The position numbers and the translations under genes are program-made. Positions 23,429-36,230 of a DNA stretch of 64,000 nucleotides are shown one piece after another (within the stretch, counting starts at the first letter, position 1; every line of letters begins with the position of its first letter). This stretch comes from Octopus sinensis. Lineage: Eukaryota. Location of the stretch: the NCBI RefSeq assembly GCF_006345805.1, contig NC_042997.1, positions 192,014,001 to 192,078,000 on the forward strand. Direction: 5' to 3'. The notes beneath the pieces were generated by a model. It worked only from the letters and a program-made list of their open reading frames with translations, was not told where the DNA came from and did no database searches.

Positions 23429-24375
23429 CTGTAATAGAAATAGGTTGAAGTTGCTTGTCAGAATAAACTATGACCATCGTTTGAATATCCACTTTTCCAT
23501 ATTTGCATGGGTGAGATGTAATTCACAGAGACAGATTTTCTATGGCGGGATGCCTTTCCTGTCATCAACCCTCACTGGTTTCCAAGTAAGGTAATACACA
23601 GCCATGTTTTCACGGAAGATTGGAAATGCAGGACCACCACTTGAATGATACAGTTTGTTTACAATGGTCATGTGATGTCAAGACAAGGAGACACTAACTC
23701 ACACAACGAGCTTCTTTCAGTTTCCGGTTATCAAATCAACTTACAAAGCTTTGGTAGAAGATATTTACCCAAGGTACAGTGCAGTGGGACTGGACCCCAA
23801 ACCGTATGGTTGGGAAGCAGACTTCTCAACCACATATTCACACTTGCATCTATATGAATGTGTGTATGTGTACGTGTGGATATGCATGTCTGTGTATTTG
23901 TTTATATCTGCAAACACTTGTTTGAAAATATGGCATTCAGGTTGATTTTTTTAATAGAAAATACTAAAGATGGTGAGGAGTTACGTAATGAAATTCTGCC
24001 TTGGGGCATCATCGTTCTTGTCTCTATTCACTGATACTACAATGTCCCAGACATATTCTAATCTCTCCAAACCACATGGTTCCAGGTTCAGTCCCACTGT
24101 ATGGCACCTTGGGCAAGCGTCTTCCACTACAGCCGCATGCTGATCAAAGCCTTGTGAACTAAATGGATTTGGTAAATAGAAACTGAAAGACACCCATTGT
24201 ATATACATACATACATACATACATATATATATAAAATAAAATCAAAAACAGAACACAAAGATATCGCGGTACACGTGTTTCAAGTTTTATAAACAACCTG
24301 TTCTTACATCAGTGTATAATTGATATAAAAGATGGTTTAAAGCTCTCTTCAGCCGCAAACATTGTTATTCAAAGA

Positions 24376-24376
<1 letters not shown>

Positions 24377-24457
<81 letters not shown>

Positions 24458-24473
24458 TATATATACACACACA
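24377..24473. repeat. Long (TA)n microsatellite, left boundary of tandem duplication
   Basis: About 45 TA units. Confidence 0.95.
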
Positions 24474-25660
24474 CAATATATCAGTTGAATAAAGTTAAAA
24501 CATGGTCTGGTTTTCATGTTTGTTATTATGGTTTCTACAAAAAAAAAAATTTTTGTAATGTTCATAAAGTTCAATTAGCACTTTCATATATTCATAGTAA
24601 TCATCAGATTTCAAAATGTATTTAACTGTCAGTTGAGTCCATGACAACTTGTACTAAAATGATTGACTTCTTCATTTTTGTACCTCTTAGAAGGTTCTAA
24701 CAAGCTGAATTTTTGGAATACAGTTTTGACTAATCAAAACAAATCCAGAACACTAATGTTTGCCAAATTCCATTGAGCGAACATATAGAAACATGTGGTC
24801 AGAAAATGCTTCTAATTTTTCCTTTCCACAAACTGCATGACACAAGTGAGGTTGGAAGAAAGATAAAAGAAAAACGGTTAATTAAAATGTTCAAACCTGT
24901 TCTGAATGGAAATAATAACAATAATATAACAACCAGTTACTGCTGTGGATTAAAAAATATCTTTAACATATGAATATAAACAAATTACAGAACGACTCCC
25001 ACCAATTGAAATAAAAACGCTCGAAACCAAGTAAGTTTGTTCACTCATAAAACCATTACATGCGAACCGCAAGCTAATGGATTAAAATACAGGTAAGATC
25101 TATGCCAGTAATATTGGTACGCCTCGGCAATGACATTTCACCTGCATGTGGATTGGTCAAATTCAGCTTCTTGGAGCCTTCTAAGAGGTATAAAGAGGAA
25201 GAAGCCAATCATTTTTGTACAGTTGTCAAGAATTCAACTGCCAGTTAAATATATTTTGAAATCTAATGACTATTACAAACATATGAAAGTGCTAATTGAA
25301 CTTTATGAATATAACAAAATATTTTTTTAATGTTTAACCCTTTTGATACCAATCCGGCTGAAACCGGCTCTGGCTCTGTAGTACAAATGTCTTGTTTTCA
25401 TAATTCTTGAATTAGAATCTTCTACCAAGCCTTAGTCACAATTTATGTTCCTAACACTAGCTTAAGGATAACTAAGTTATTTTACTAAATTCTTTGTAAT
25501 ATTTAAAGTAATTGAAAGAAACACAGAGCTTCTCAAAATAAATACAGTAACGAAAGGGTTAATACACTTCAGCATTGTAAAGAAATTTGTACACTTTTTA
25601 AATACCATAATATAAAACTTGAAAACCAGACCATGTTTTAACTTTATTCAACTGATATAT
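24474..25660. mobile_element. Long-inverted-repeat (fold-back) element with a MITE-A (25338-25558) in its right arm
   Basis: 24474-24712 is the reverse complement of ~25152-25330 plus ~25563-25660. Confidence 0.7.
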
Positions 25661-25996
25661 TATTCTATACACATTTACACAAATTTGGAGGAAAATAAAA
25701 TAAATGAAATGATTGTTTATTATTTGAATTAACTATATATATATATAAGGAGTGGCTGTGTGGTAAGTAGCTTGCTTACCAGCCACATGGTTCCTGGGTT
25801 CAGTCTCACTGCGTGGCACCTGGGGCAAGTATCTTCTATAGCCTCAGGCCAACCAAAACCTTGTGAGTGGATTTGGTAGACAGAAACTGAAAGAAGCCCG
25901 TCGCATGTATGTATGTATGTATATATATATATATATATATATCATCATCATTTTCCATCCGTTTTCCATGCTAGCATATATATATATATTATATAT

Positions 25997-26042
<46 letters not shown>

Positions 26043-27672
26043 ATATATCAGTTGAATAAAGTTAAAACATGGTCTGGTTTTCATGTTTGTTATTATGGTT
26101 TCTACAAAAAAAAAAATTTTTGCAATGTTCATAAAGTTCAATTAGCACTTTCATATATTCATAGTAATCATCAGATTTCAAAATGTATTTAACTGTCAGT
26201 TGAGTCCATGACAACTTGTACTAAAATGATTGACTTCTTCATTTTTGTACCTCTTAGAAGGTTCTAACAAGCTGAATTTTTGGAATACAGTTTTGATTAA
26301 TCAAAACAAATCCAGAACACTAATGTTTGCCAAATTCCATTGAGCGAACATATAGAAACATGTGGTCAGAAAATGCTTCTAATTTTTCCTTTCCACAAAC
26401 TGCATGACACAAATGAGGTTGGAAGAAAGATAAAAGAAAAACGGTTAATTAAAATGTTCAAACCTGTTCTGAATGGAAATAATAACAATAATATAACAAC
26501 CAGTTAATGACGTGGGTTAAAAAATATCTTTAACATACGAATATAAACAAATTACAGAACGACTCCCACCAATTGAAATAAAAACGCTCGAAACCAAGTA
26601 AGTTTGTTCACTCATAAAACCATTACATGCGAACCGCAAGCTAATGGATTAAAATACAGGTAAGATCTATGCCAGTAATATTGGTACGCCTCGGCAATGA
26701 CATTTCACCTGCATGTGGATTGGTCAAATTCAGCTTCTTGGAGCCTTCTAAGAGGTATAAAGAGGAAGAAGCCAATCATTTTTGTACAGTTGTCAAGAAT
26801 TCAACTGCCAGTTAAATATATTTTGAAATCTAATGACTATTACAAACATATGAAAGTGCTAATTGAACTTTATGAATATAACAAAATATTTTTTTAATGT
26901 TTAACCCTTTTGATACCAATCCGGCTGAAACCGGCTCTGTAGTACAAATGTCTTGTTTTCATAATTCTTGAATTAGAATCTTCTACCAAGCCTTAGTCAC
27001 AATTTATGTTCCTAACACTAGCTTAAGGATAACTAAGTTATTTTACTAAATTCTTTGTAATATTTAAAGTAATTGAAAGAAACACAGAGCTTCTCAAAAT
27101 AAATACAGTAACGAAAGGGTTAATACACTTCAGCATTGTAAAGAAATTTGTACACTTTTTAAATACCATAATATAAAACTTGAAAACCAGACCATGTTTT
27201 AACTTTATTCAACTGATATATTATTCTATACACATTTACACAAATTTGGAGGAAAATAAAATAAATGAAATGATTGTTTATTATTTGAATTAACTATATA
27301 TATATATATAAGGAGTGGCTGTGTGGTAAGTAGCTTGCTTACCAGCCACATGGTTCCTGGGTTCAGTCTCACTGCGTGGCACCTGGAGCAAGTATCTTCT
27401 ATAGCCTCAGGCCAACCAAAGCCTTGTGAGTGGATTTGGTAGACAGAAACTGAAAGAAGCCCGTCGCATGTATGTATGTATGTGGCGTTAGGAAGGGCAT
27501 CCAGCTGTAGAAACACTGCCAGATCTGACTGGCCTGGTGCAGCCTTCGGGCTCCCCAGACCCCAGTTGAACCGTCCAACCCATGCTAGCATGGAAAACGG
27601 ACGCTAAATGATGATGATGATGATGATATATATATATATCATCATCATTTTCCATCCGTTTTCCATGCTAGC

Positions 27673-27680
<8 letters not shown>
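24474..27680 (+). repeat. Tandem duplication, offset 1567 bp
   Basis: 24474-25920 repeats at 26041-27480 (identical ORFs 25130 and 26697 in the track); few substitutions and indels. Confidence 0.95.
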
Positions 27681-27720
<40 letters not shown>

Positions 27721-27957
27721 TTGTCCCACCAACATCGCTTGACAATCGATGCTGGTGTGTTTACACCCCCGTGACTTAGCAGTTCGGCAAAAGAGACCGA
27801 TAGAATAAGTACTAGGCTTACAAAGAATAAGTCTTGGGATCAATTTGCTCGACTAAAGGTGGTGCTCCAGTATGGCTGCAGTCAAATGACTGAAACAAGT
27901 AAAAGAATATATAAATATATCTATATATACACACACATATATAAATATATATATATA

Positions 27958-29202
27958 CAGCATTTAGACAAAATAATGGAAACACCTGAAAATTTCAAAC
28001 AAATTTATTTTAATATGGGGTTGGACTGCTTTTGGCAGTAATTACAGCTTGAATTCTATGAGCTATGGACTCATACAAAGTTCTAATTTTTTCCAAAGGA
28101 ATTTTTGTCCATCCTTCAGCTAAAACAAGTCTCCAGTTCTTGTAGTGATGATGGTGGAGGATATCAACACCTTACTTGTTTTTCTAAAATGCACCACAAA
28201 TGTTCAATAATATTGAAATCTGGGGACTGTGGTGGCCAGATGAGATGTTCACCTTCACTAAAATGTTCCTCGTGCCATTCAGTAACAACTTAAGCTGTGT
28301 GAATTGGTGCATTATCCTCCTGAAAGATCGAGTTTCCTCCAGAAACAGTTCTGTAACCATAGGATGAATTCGATCAGATAAAGTGCTTAAATAGTCTTGA
28401 CTATTAATTCTGCAATGAAGGGAAACCATTGGGCCGGTGGATTTCCAAGATATAGACCCCCAGATCATCACAGATCCTCCTCCATGTTTAACATTTGGAA
28501 GAAGGCAGTTTAGGTCAAATGCTTCTTTTGGCTGTCTCCAAAAGTATACTCAGCTGGTGGTCGGAATTAAGGTAAAGAATGACTTGTCTGAGAAAATAAC
28601 ATTCTTCCACTGCTCTAGGGACCAATTCTATAGGTTTTTATTCCACTCACTTTTGAAAGTGGTGGTTTTCTGATTGCAGGCCTCCCATGAAATCTGGCTT
28701 TGTGCAGCTCCTGGCAAACAGTTTCTGTGGAAACTGGGTTCTCGAGGTGGTCATTAAGCCCTGCAGTAATTTTGAGAGCTGTACTTTTGTGATCCTTTCT
28801 AACAATTCATGTAAAAGTCCAATGGTCCCTATCTGAAAGTTTTAGTTTTCTTCCGGAGTTCTGTTTTAACGAAGAGGTTTTTCCCTCTTTCTCAAAGGCT
28901 GTCATTACTTTCGAGACAGTACTTCTTGATACACCAAACATTTTGGCTGTTTTCATTACGCTAGTGCCTGCCATTCGAGCACCAACAATTTGACCTCTTT
29001 GAAAGTCCAATAGATCTATCGTTTTAATGAATTTTAATTACTTTTTTCTAATGATATCTGAAAACAAACAGCAATTTTAGCAAAGCATATTAAGCAACAC
29101 TAATAATAAATCAAAAAACATAAAAATAAACAAGATTTCGATGGTTTTATAGATTTTCAAAATTATGATGCTAGGTGTTTCCATTATTTTGTCAAACCCT
29201 TG
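27958..29202 (-). mobile_element. Tc1-like DNA transposon, full-length but inactivated; DD36E catalytic spacing
   Basis: ~30-bp TIRs (gacaaaataatggaaacacct), TA flanks; DFQRGQIVGAR, WKNVIFSD, VKHGGGSVMIWG, FQEDNAPIH, WPPQSPDFNIIEHLW; stops and frameshifts. Confidence 0.92.
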
Positions 29203-31438
29203 TATCTATCTATACCTATCTATACACCTGTCTGCCCACATATATATGTGTGTGTGTGTGTGTGTGTATAGGCACAAGAGTGGCTGTGTGGTATATATAT
29301 ATATATATATATATATATGTCTGGCACCTGTGCGGGTGGCACGTAAAATGCACCCACTACACTCACGGAGTGGTTGGCGTTAGGAAGGGCGTCCAGCCGT
29401 AGAAACACTGCCAGATCTGACTGGGCCTGATGAAGCCTTCCGGCTTCACAGACCCCAGTTGAACCGTCCAACCCATGCTAGCATGGAAAACAGACGCTAA
29501 ACGATGATGATGATGAATGATGATATATATATATATATATGACGGGCTTATTTCAATTTCCATCTACCAAATCCACTCACAAGGCTTTGGTCGGCCCTAG
29601 GTTATAGTAGAAGACTCTTGCCCAAGGTGCTATGCAGTGGGACTGAACCCAGAACCATGTGGTGGGTAAGCATTGTGCCCAACATGCTAACAATCTTGCC
29701 AGCTTGCTGTCCTATATCAATATCAATGCAGTGATATTAAAAGATCAAACAATGACATTCTATTTTACTAATTGTTTGGGACGAGACAGAGACAGAAACT
29801 GGAGACTGACCTGTTAATGATAAAGTTGAAAACGTTCAGAAAAAAGTTTCTAAGTTAAACTGGTTTGTAGTAGTAATTCACACAGAGAACCGATACAAGT
29901 GTCACTTCGGCGAAGAGATACAATGATAGCGTGAGAATTTCACAACTTCAGTGTTCTTTGTACCAGCTTTGCTGAGATGATTGCATGTGAATTATTTTGA
30001 TTGATATATCCTGGCTTACTTCATGCACAGCTACTCCAGGATATTACAACAAAGAAAAAGAAAAGGAATACCATGGTACCAGTGGTTAATTTCAAAATAT
30101 TTGCTCCAGTCCACATGAAGGAATGCTGTTTTGTTTCTGTGTCTATTCTATCACTATCATAATAGCATTTGTAGGTGACTGGTCTCACCTGTCCTTCCAC
30201 TATATTTGTTACATCTACCCGCACTCCATCTCCTCTGTACTAACTGTTATGCCCAATACTTTTTTGCCCCAGAACACTAGCTCTCTGAAAATCCTCTCTT
30301 AGGCCACGTTAACCTTCAACAGTTTAAAAGGAACATTAAAATGCATAAGCTCAATAGTTTTAGGTCATAAGCATTTCTCCTCCTTTCAAACTCAGCAAAT
30401 AAAACAAAAATATAAAATTTGTAATCACCATTAAAAAAGAACACAAAAACAACCCATGAGAAAAGGAAAGATAAGTAGAGTAATTTGGTGAAAGCAAATC
30501 AACTAAAACAAATTGTGACTCACATCACCATTATTAATTATTTTATGTTTATTTTCCATGCTGGTATAGGCTGCATAGTTTGATGGAGTTCAATGACCTT
30601 CAGAGCTGCATGAGGGTTCAAACTTAGCTTTGGCATGGTTTCTACAGATGGATGCCCTTCCTGATACCTATTTCTTTACTACCAACACGGGGCTAAACAC
30701 AGAGGAGACAATCAAGGACAGACAAACGGATTAAATCGAGTATATCGACCCCAGTGCGTAACTTGTACTTAATTTATCAACCCCGAAAGGATGAAAGGCA
30801 AAGTCAACCTCGGCGGAATTTGAACTCAGAACATAACGGCAGACGAAATACCGCTAAGCATTTCACCCAGTGTGCTAACAATTCTGCCAGTTCGCCGCCC
30901 TTCGTGATACCAACCATATTACAGTGTGTACTGGGTGGGTTTTGTTCATGAAACTGGCACAAGTGAGGTCACCAAGTGACTTACAGGATAAAGCAAAGAA
31001 AGGGAAAAGCCATCTCGATTGAGTGGGAATATATTTATTTCTTTATTGCCCAGAAGGGGCTAAACATAGAGGGAACAAACAAGGACAGACAAGGGGATTA
31101 AGTCAATTAGATAGACCCCAGTGCATAACTGGTACTTATTTAATCAACTCCGAAAGGATGAAAGGCAAAGTCGACCTCGGCAGAACTTGAACTCAGAACG
31201 TAGCGGCAGACAAAATACCTACATAGCATTTCGCCTGGCATGCTAACGATTCTGCCAGCTCACCGCCCTGAATGGGAATGTATTTGAGAGACTAAAGTGT
31301 GACAGAGGGACAAGTGAGGGTGGGCGAGAGTAGCTGGAAGGGAGATAAAGATGGGGCTGCCAGGCTGCAAGAGTATACTTTCAAAGTACAAGAAGTGAAA
31401 TTAAGAAATCTTTAGTATTACTATAAACAAGTACTTAC

Positions 31439-31548
31439 CATTTCTATGTTATCCAACTGTTTAGTTAAGTCAATGTACTGACATATCAGTTTTAATAACT
31501 CAGCCAAAGTAGCCAACACTGGTAGTGACTCTATGGAAATAGGAGACT
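31439..31548 (-). CDS. TEX10: TEX10 coding exon 4
   Basis: tttctatttcag|AG...ATG|gtaagt; 110 nt, phase 1/0; ISIESLPVLATLAELLKLI vs human IEREPLQVMQQVLNIISLL. Confidence 0.87.
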
Positions 31549-31594
31549 CTGAAATAGAAATATAAAGCATAAACAGATTATATTTTATCTCTGG

Positions 31595-31714
31595 TATCTG
31601 ACTCATACACTGTTCGTGTATCTGACTCGTACACTTTTCGCGTATCTGACTCATACACTGTTCGCGTATCTGACTCATACACTGTTCACGTATCTGATTC
31701 ATACACTGTTCGCT
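31595..31714. repeat. 24-bp minisatellite x5 (tatctgactcatacactgttcgcg)
   Basis: Units start at 31595, 31619, 31643, 31667, 31691. Confidence 0.95.
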
Positions 31715-32464
31715 TTCCAGACATTTGTACATTACTGCATATACTTTATACGCACTGTCTGACAAGTTGTGGTGCACCTGAGCAGTGTATACAATAATTT
31801 CATTATTATTATTATTATCTTATTTTAAATATTTTAACAAAAACGTAAAATATTAGGTAAACTCTGGAATCTAAGTGAAATGGTGACAGTCTGCATGGAT
31901 GAAGATTTAGTCAATCCAGTCGGGTGTCCAACGTAACTCTTCCATGCCAGATATCTCACATAAAGAGGCATAACTGCCTGGCTTGGGTTTTAGCCACATT
32001 TAGTCTTCTGATGAAATATCTGATCTGCACATGCCATGACTACAAACGATAGCAGTCATTTGTTAACTGAATTGGCTGATCCTGGCCCTTGACAGTATGT
32101 TGACAGTTCATTTGCTCAGCATCTAGTGATATTCACCATCCACTCAATAAGTTCATCGGCCAAAATAGTTCACATCTACCACGCTGCATCCCACAATTTC
32201 AACACATTCTAGCTTGGGTGGTTACATGCTATTTCACCCATAGATGGGATCCTCACAGCTGCTACCACTCCAGATCAGAGTGTACTTGAGAAAAATAGTG
32301 GCTAAGAGGTGGTTCCACACTCTTTAAAGCCCTGAACTAGGGTCCCACTACTGGACACAGTTTAAAGTTAACAAACTATCATGGGAAAGTTGGATAGGGT
32401 CAACGAAATATTATAGGTAGGACTCAAGACTTGTTTGTTCAAACCTCAAACTCAATAAAATACT

Positions 32465-32860
32465 CTTTACTCTCTTTTTACTTTTACTTGTTTCAGTCAT
32501 TTGACTGTGGCCATGCCGGAGCACCACCTTTAGTTGAGCAAATCAACCCCAGGACTTATTCTTTGTAAGCCTAGTACTTATACTATTGGTCTCTTTTGCT
32601 GAATCGCTAAATTATGGGGATGTAAACACACCAGCATCGGTTGTCAAGTGATGTGGGGACAAACACAGACACACATACATATAAATACAAATATACAACA
32701 GGCTTCTTTCAGTTTCCGTTTACCAAATCCACTCACAGGGCTTTGGTCAGCCCGAGGCTATAGTAGAAGATACTTGGCCAAGGAGCCACGCAATGGGACT
32801 GAACCTGGAACCATGTGGTTGGTAAGCAAGCTACTTACCACACAGCAACTCCTACGCCTA
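32465..32860 (-). mobile_element. SINE family A
   Basis: Full-length copy, (tactcttt)n tail at left; other minus copies at ~45190-45570, ~48098-48437, ~56150-56553. Confidence 0.88.
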
Positions 32861-33894
32861 CAGGTAATCTTTTAGATTCATAAATTTAATTTTCATCTCT
32901 ATTTCTTCTGTACATGTTAGTTTTAGTTTTGATTATTTATACAGACGGTCCTTAAGATTTGTCAGTCCAAGTTTCATACAACTCACGTTTTCAAAAGGTC
33001 AAGTTGTATGAAAATTGAATGTATGCGTCTTGAGAACTGCCTGTATATCAACAAAGAAAAGATATATTTTTCAGAGACTTAAATATATTTCCTTATATTC
33101 AACTTACGATGAAAGTAAACAAAGTTTGCTTTAGAAGCACTGAGATGTATTGAAAGAGGAGAATAAATTATTTCCTTATGTTTTCAATATATAATGTAAA
33201 TAAGATGTGAGAGGACAGAACTTTAAGTGTAAAATTCAAGAACATTACAGTAGAATGGTAAAGAACGATGGAATATTCAAAAGTAGGTAGGTTTTGATTA
33301 AATTTATTCATTACTTTCGAGCAGATACAAACATACAATATGTAGAATTCAGTAACAGTCATTCACCTGAGTCATAACATATCTGAAGACATATGATATT
33401 CATTTTCCATGCTGGCGTGAGTTGGAGGTGTTGTCGTAATTTGAATCAGTTGTTATTCAGAGTGACTGTCCTCTTTAACAAGTCAAGGGACCAGGTCTTG
33501 CTCATAGGTTTCATTTTGGTTTGATTTCAATGGATGGTTGCCCTTCTTAATGCCAACCTTTAATCAGAGTGTGCTGGGTGCTATTTATCAAGAAACTAGC
33601 ACTAAAAAGATTATTATTTTCTTGATAGGACAAGACAAACAGGTCCTCTTGCTCCTACATTTTCCTTGTTCGTTCAGCAATCACCACTGCTGACTGAGGT
33701 CTAATTTACAGACTTCAACAATATTAGGTTAATGAGAGATTGCAAGTCTTAAATCTGCTAACAGAAATAACTTAATGACTTGTGGTGAAAAATCTTATCG
33801 CTTAGGCCAAAAAATTATTTCTTTCAGGAATGATGAAATGAACTGTTCCAGAATAAAAATACTTTGTGCTGACACCTCATAAAAAGCACCCTTG

Positions 33895-34290
33895 CTAGTG
33901 CCGCATGAAAAGTGCCCTTGCTGGTGCCGCATGAAAAGCGCCCTTGCTGTTCCTGCATGAAAAGCACCCTCGCTGGCGCCGCATGAAAGGCACCCTTGCT
34001 GGTACCGCATGAAAAGCACCTGTGCTGGTGCCACATGAAAAGCACCCTTGCTGGTCCCACATGAAAAGCACCCTTACTGGTCCCACATAAAAAGCACCCT
34101 TGCAGGCATCTGTAAAAAGCACCAGATACACTCTGTAAAGTGGTTAGGAAGGACATCCAGCCATAGAAACCACACCAAAACAGGAGAAATCAGAGCCTAG
34201 TACAGCCCTGCAGCTTGCCAGCTCCTGTCAAACTGTCCAACCCATGCCAGCATAGTAAACAAACATTAAATGATGATGATGATGATGATT
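33895..34290 (+). mobile_element. RTE 3' end preceded by a 26-bp minisatellite (~8 units)
   Basis: atgaaaagcacccttgctggtgccgc units followed by the standard tail and (gat)n. Confidence 0.85.
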
Positions 34291-34966
34291 TTGTATTAAG
34301 CTTTTCATAGGATCATGAGTTTGTGATTTAGAAAGGTATGGAATAATATATACAAAACTAAATTAACCACTTCATTTGCTAAAAATACTTATCTCTACCC
34401 ACCCCACCACAACACATTTCACTCTTTTCATACAACCTACCAAACAACATGTCAGTTCTCTTTCAGGCTCCTGTTTATTCTCATTTCTTTTCCGCTGCCA
34501 CACACTATCACACACCCCGCTCCCCCACCACTACTATCCTTGCCATGCCACTCCTGGCACCCCTGCTCACCTTGTACGTTGAAAGCGAACAGTGACATCT
34601 GTCATTACTTATGGGAACTTTACAACTCCACCCCCTACCATCCTCGCTTCTAAAATAGTCATGTAACTCCTCTACAGCCAGAGACCTATTCAGCTCTATC
34701 ACTCTTCTCTCATACTATACCCCCCTCTCTACTCCTCACTGTCCTAGCAAAGAGTTTCTCCTCTCCACTTGGAGTATGTAGTTTTGCAAGCTGCTCGGGT
34801 GACCTCACAAGTGTTGGTAGTACAGAAAAAACCACCAGTATACACTGTAAAGTGAAAGGCATTGGGAAGAACAGCCAGGCATACACTAAAGCATAATACA
34901 CCCATTAGATTTTGTCAAACTGCCTGATCCATGCCAGCATGAAAAGTGGTCATTAAATGATGACGT

Positions 34967-35605
34967 CATCATCATCATCATCGTTTAACGTCCGCTTTCC
35001 ATGCTAGCATGGGTTGGACGATTTTGACTGAGGGCTGGCGAACCAGGCTCCAATCTGGATCTGACAGAGTTTCTACAGCTGGATGCCCTTCCTAATGCCA
35101 ACCACTCTGAGAGTGTAGTGGGTGCCTTTTACGTGCCAGTCACACAGTACTGGCAATGACCTCGCTCGAATCTTTTTACACATGTCACCGGCACAGGTGC
35201 CAGTAAGGCAACGCTGGTAACGATCACGCTCAAATGGTGCCTTTTACGTGCCACCAGCACAGAAGCCAGTTAGCCAACTGTCGATTTCTTAAATTACATC
35301 ATCATCATCATCGTTTAACATCCACTTTCCATGCTGGCATGGGTTGGACGTTTTGACTAAGAACAGGCAAGCCAGGAGGGTGCTCCAGGCTCCAGTCCAA
35401 TTTGGCATGGTTTCTACAGCTAGATGCTCTTCCTAATGCCAACCACTCTGAGAGTGTAGTGGGTGTTTTTACGTGCTACCGGCACGGGAGCCAGTCAGGG
35501 GGCATTGGAATCGACCATGCTCAAATGGTGTTTTTTATGTGCCACCAGCATGGGAGCCAGTCAGACTGCACAGGCATCAGCCGCACCCGAATGGTGCTTT
35601 TATAA
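34967..35605 (-). mobile_element. Two tandem RTE 3' ends, reverse orientation
   Basis: (atc)n tails at ~34967 and ~35300, each with 3' UTR repeats. Confidence 0.85.
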
Positions 35606-36114
35606 TGTCCTATTGTATGGCATATGAACTGAAATACAAGTCCAATCAACCAATTATTGGTTGCTATCAAGAGAGGTATAGTGGAATTCAGATATTTTTG
35701 ATGGAGATTTAATTTTTGCAGGCTATCTATCATAAACCACCTTGAGAAAGCGTCTTCCACTATAGCCTTGAACCAACACAGCTTTCTGAACAGATCTGAT
35801 AGATGGAAATTGAAAGAAGCTTGTTGTATATGCATGTGTTTCCTTGTCTCAACATCATGTGATAGGTGTAATCAAGCATCACCATCACACAAGCGCTGTC
35901 CTTTGCTTCTCAACCACCTGGTTCTGGGATTGAACCCAAAACCGAGTGGTTGAGAAGCAAGTTTCTCACCACATGGCCATACCTGTGCCTATAACATTTA
36001 CAAAAGAAAACCTTCTTTGTTAATTAGGTGTGATCTTAGTTTACTTACTCTAAATCACATCACTTTACCATACCAAAATCCAAAAATGTTAAAAGACAAA
36101 CAAATAATACAAAC

Positions 36115-36230
36115 CACCACAGGCCACTTTTATTTCAGGACAGCATTCTACCCAGCATTCCAGAATCAAAGGAATTAGTGTTCTGATGAAACGCTGCACA
36201 TAAGATTTGTCCTTAAGCAGATGACGACCA
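36115..36230 (-). CDS. TEX10: TEX10 coding exon 3
   Basis: ttctctcttttccag|T...G|gtttgt (alternative donor 3 nt earlier); phase 2/1; FIRTLIPLILECWVEC vs human FIEIIIPLLIECWVEA. Confidence 0.9.

Noticed and set aside
24660-25260. Apparent nested plus-strand gene or promoter (acceptor at ~24690, mini-exon RLPPIEIKTLET with gtaagt, ATTGG plus TATAAA near 25150-25195)
   Set aside because: Acceptor and promoter-like motifs lie in the arms of an inverted-repeat element; no coherent exon chain.
33895-34110. CRISPR-like periodic array
   Set aside because: Contiguous degenerate units without unique spacers, in a eukaryotic retroelement tail.
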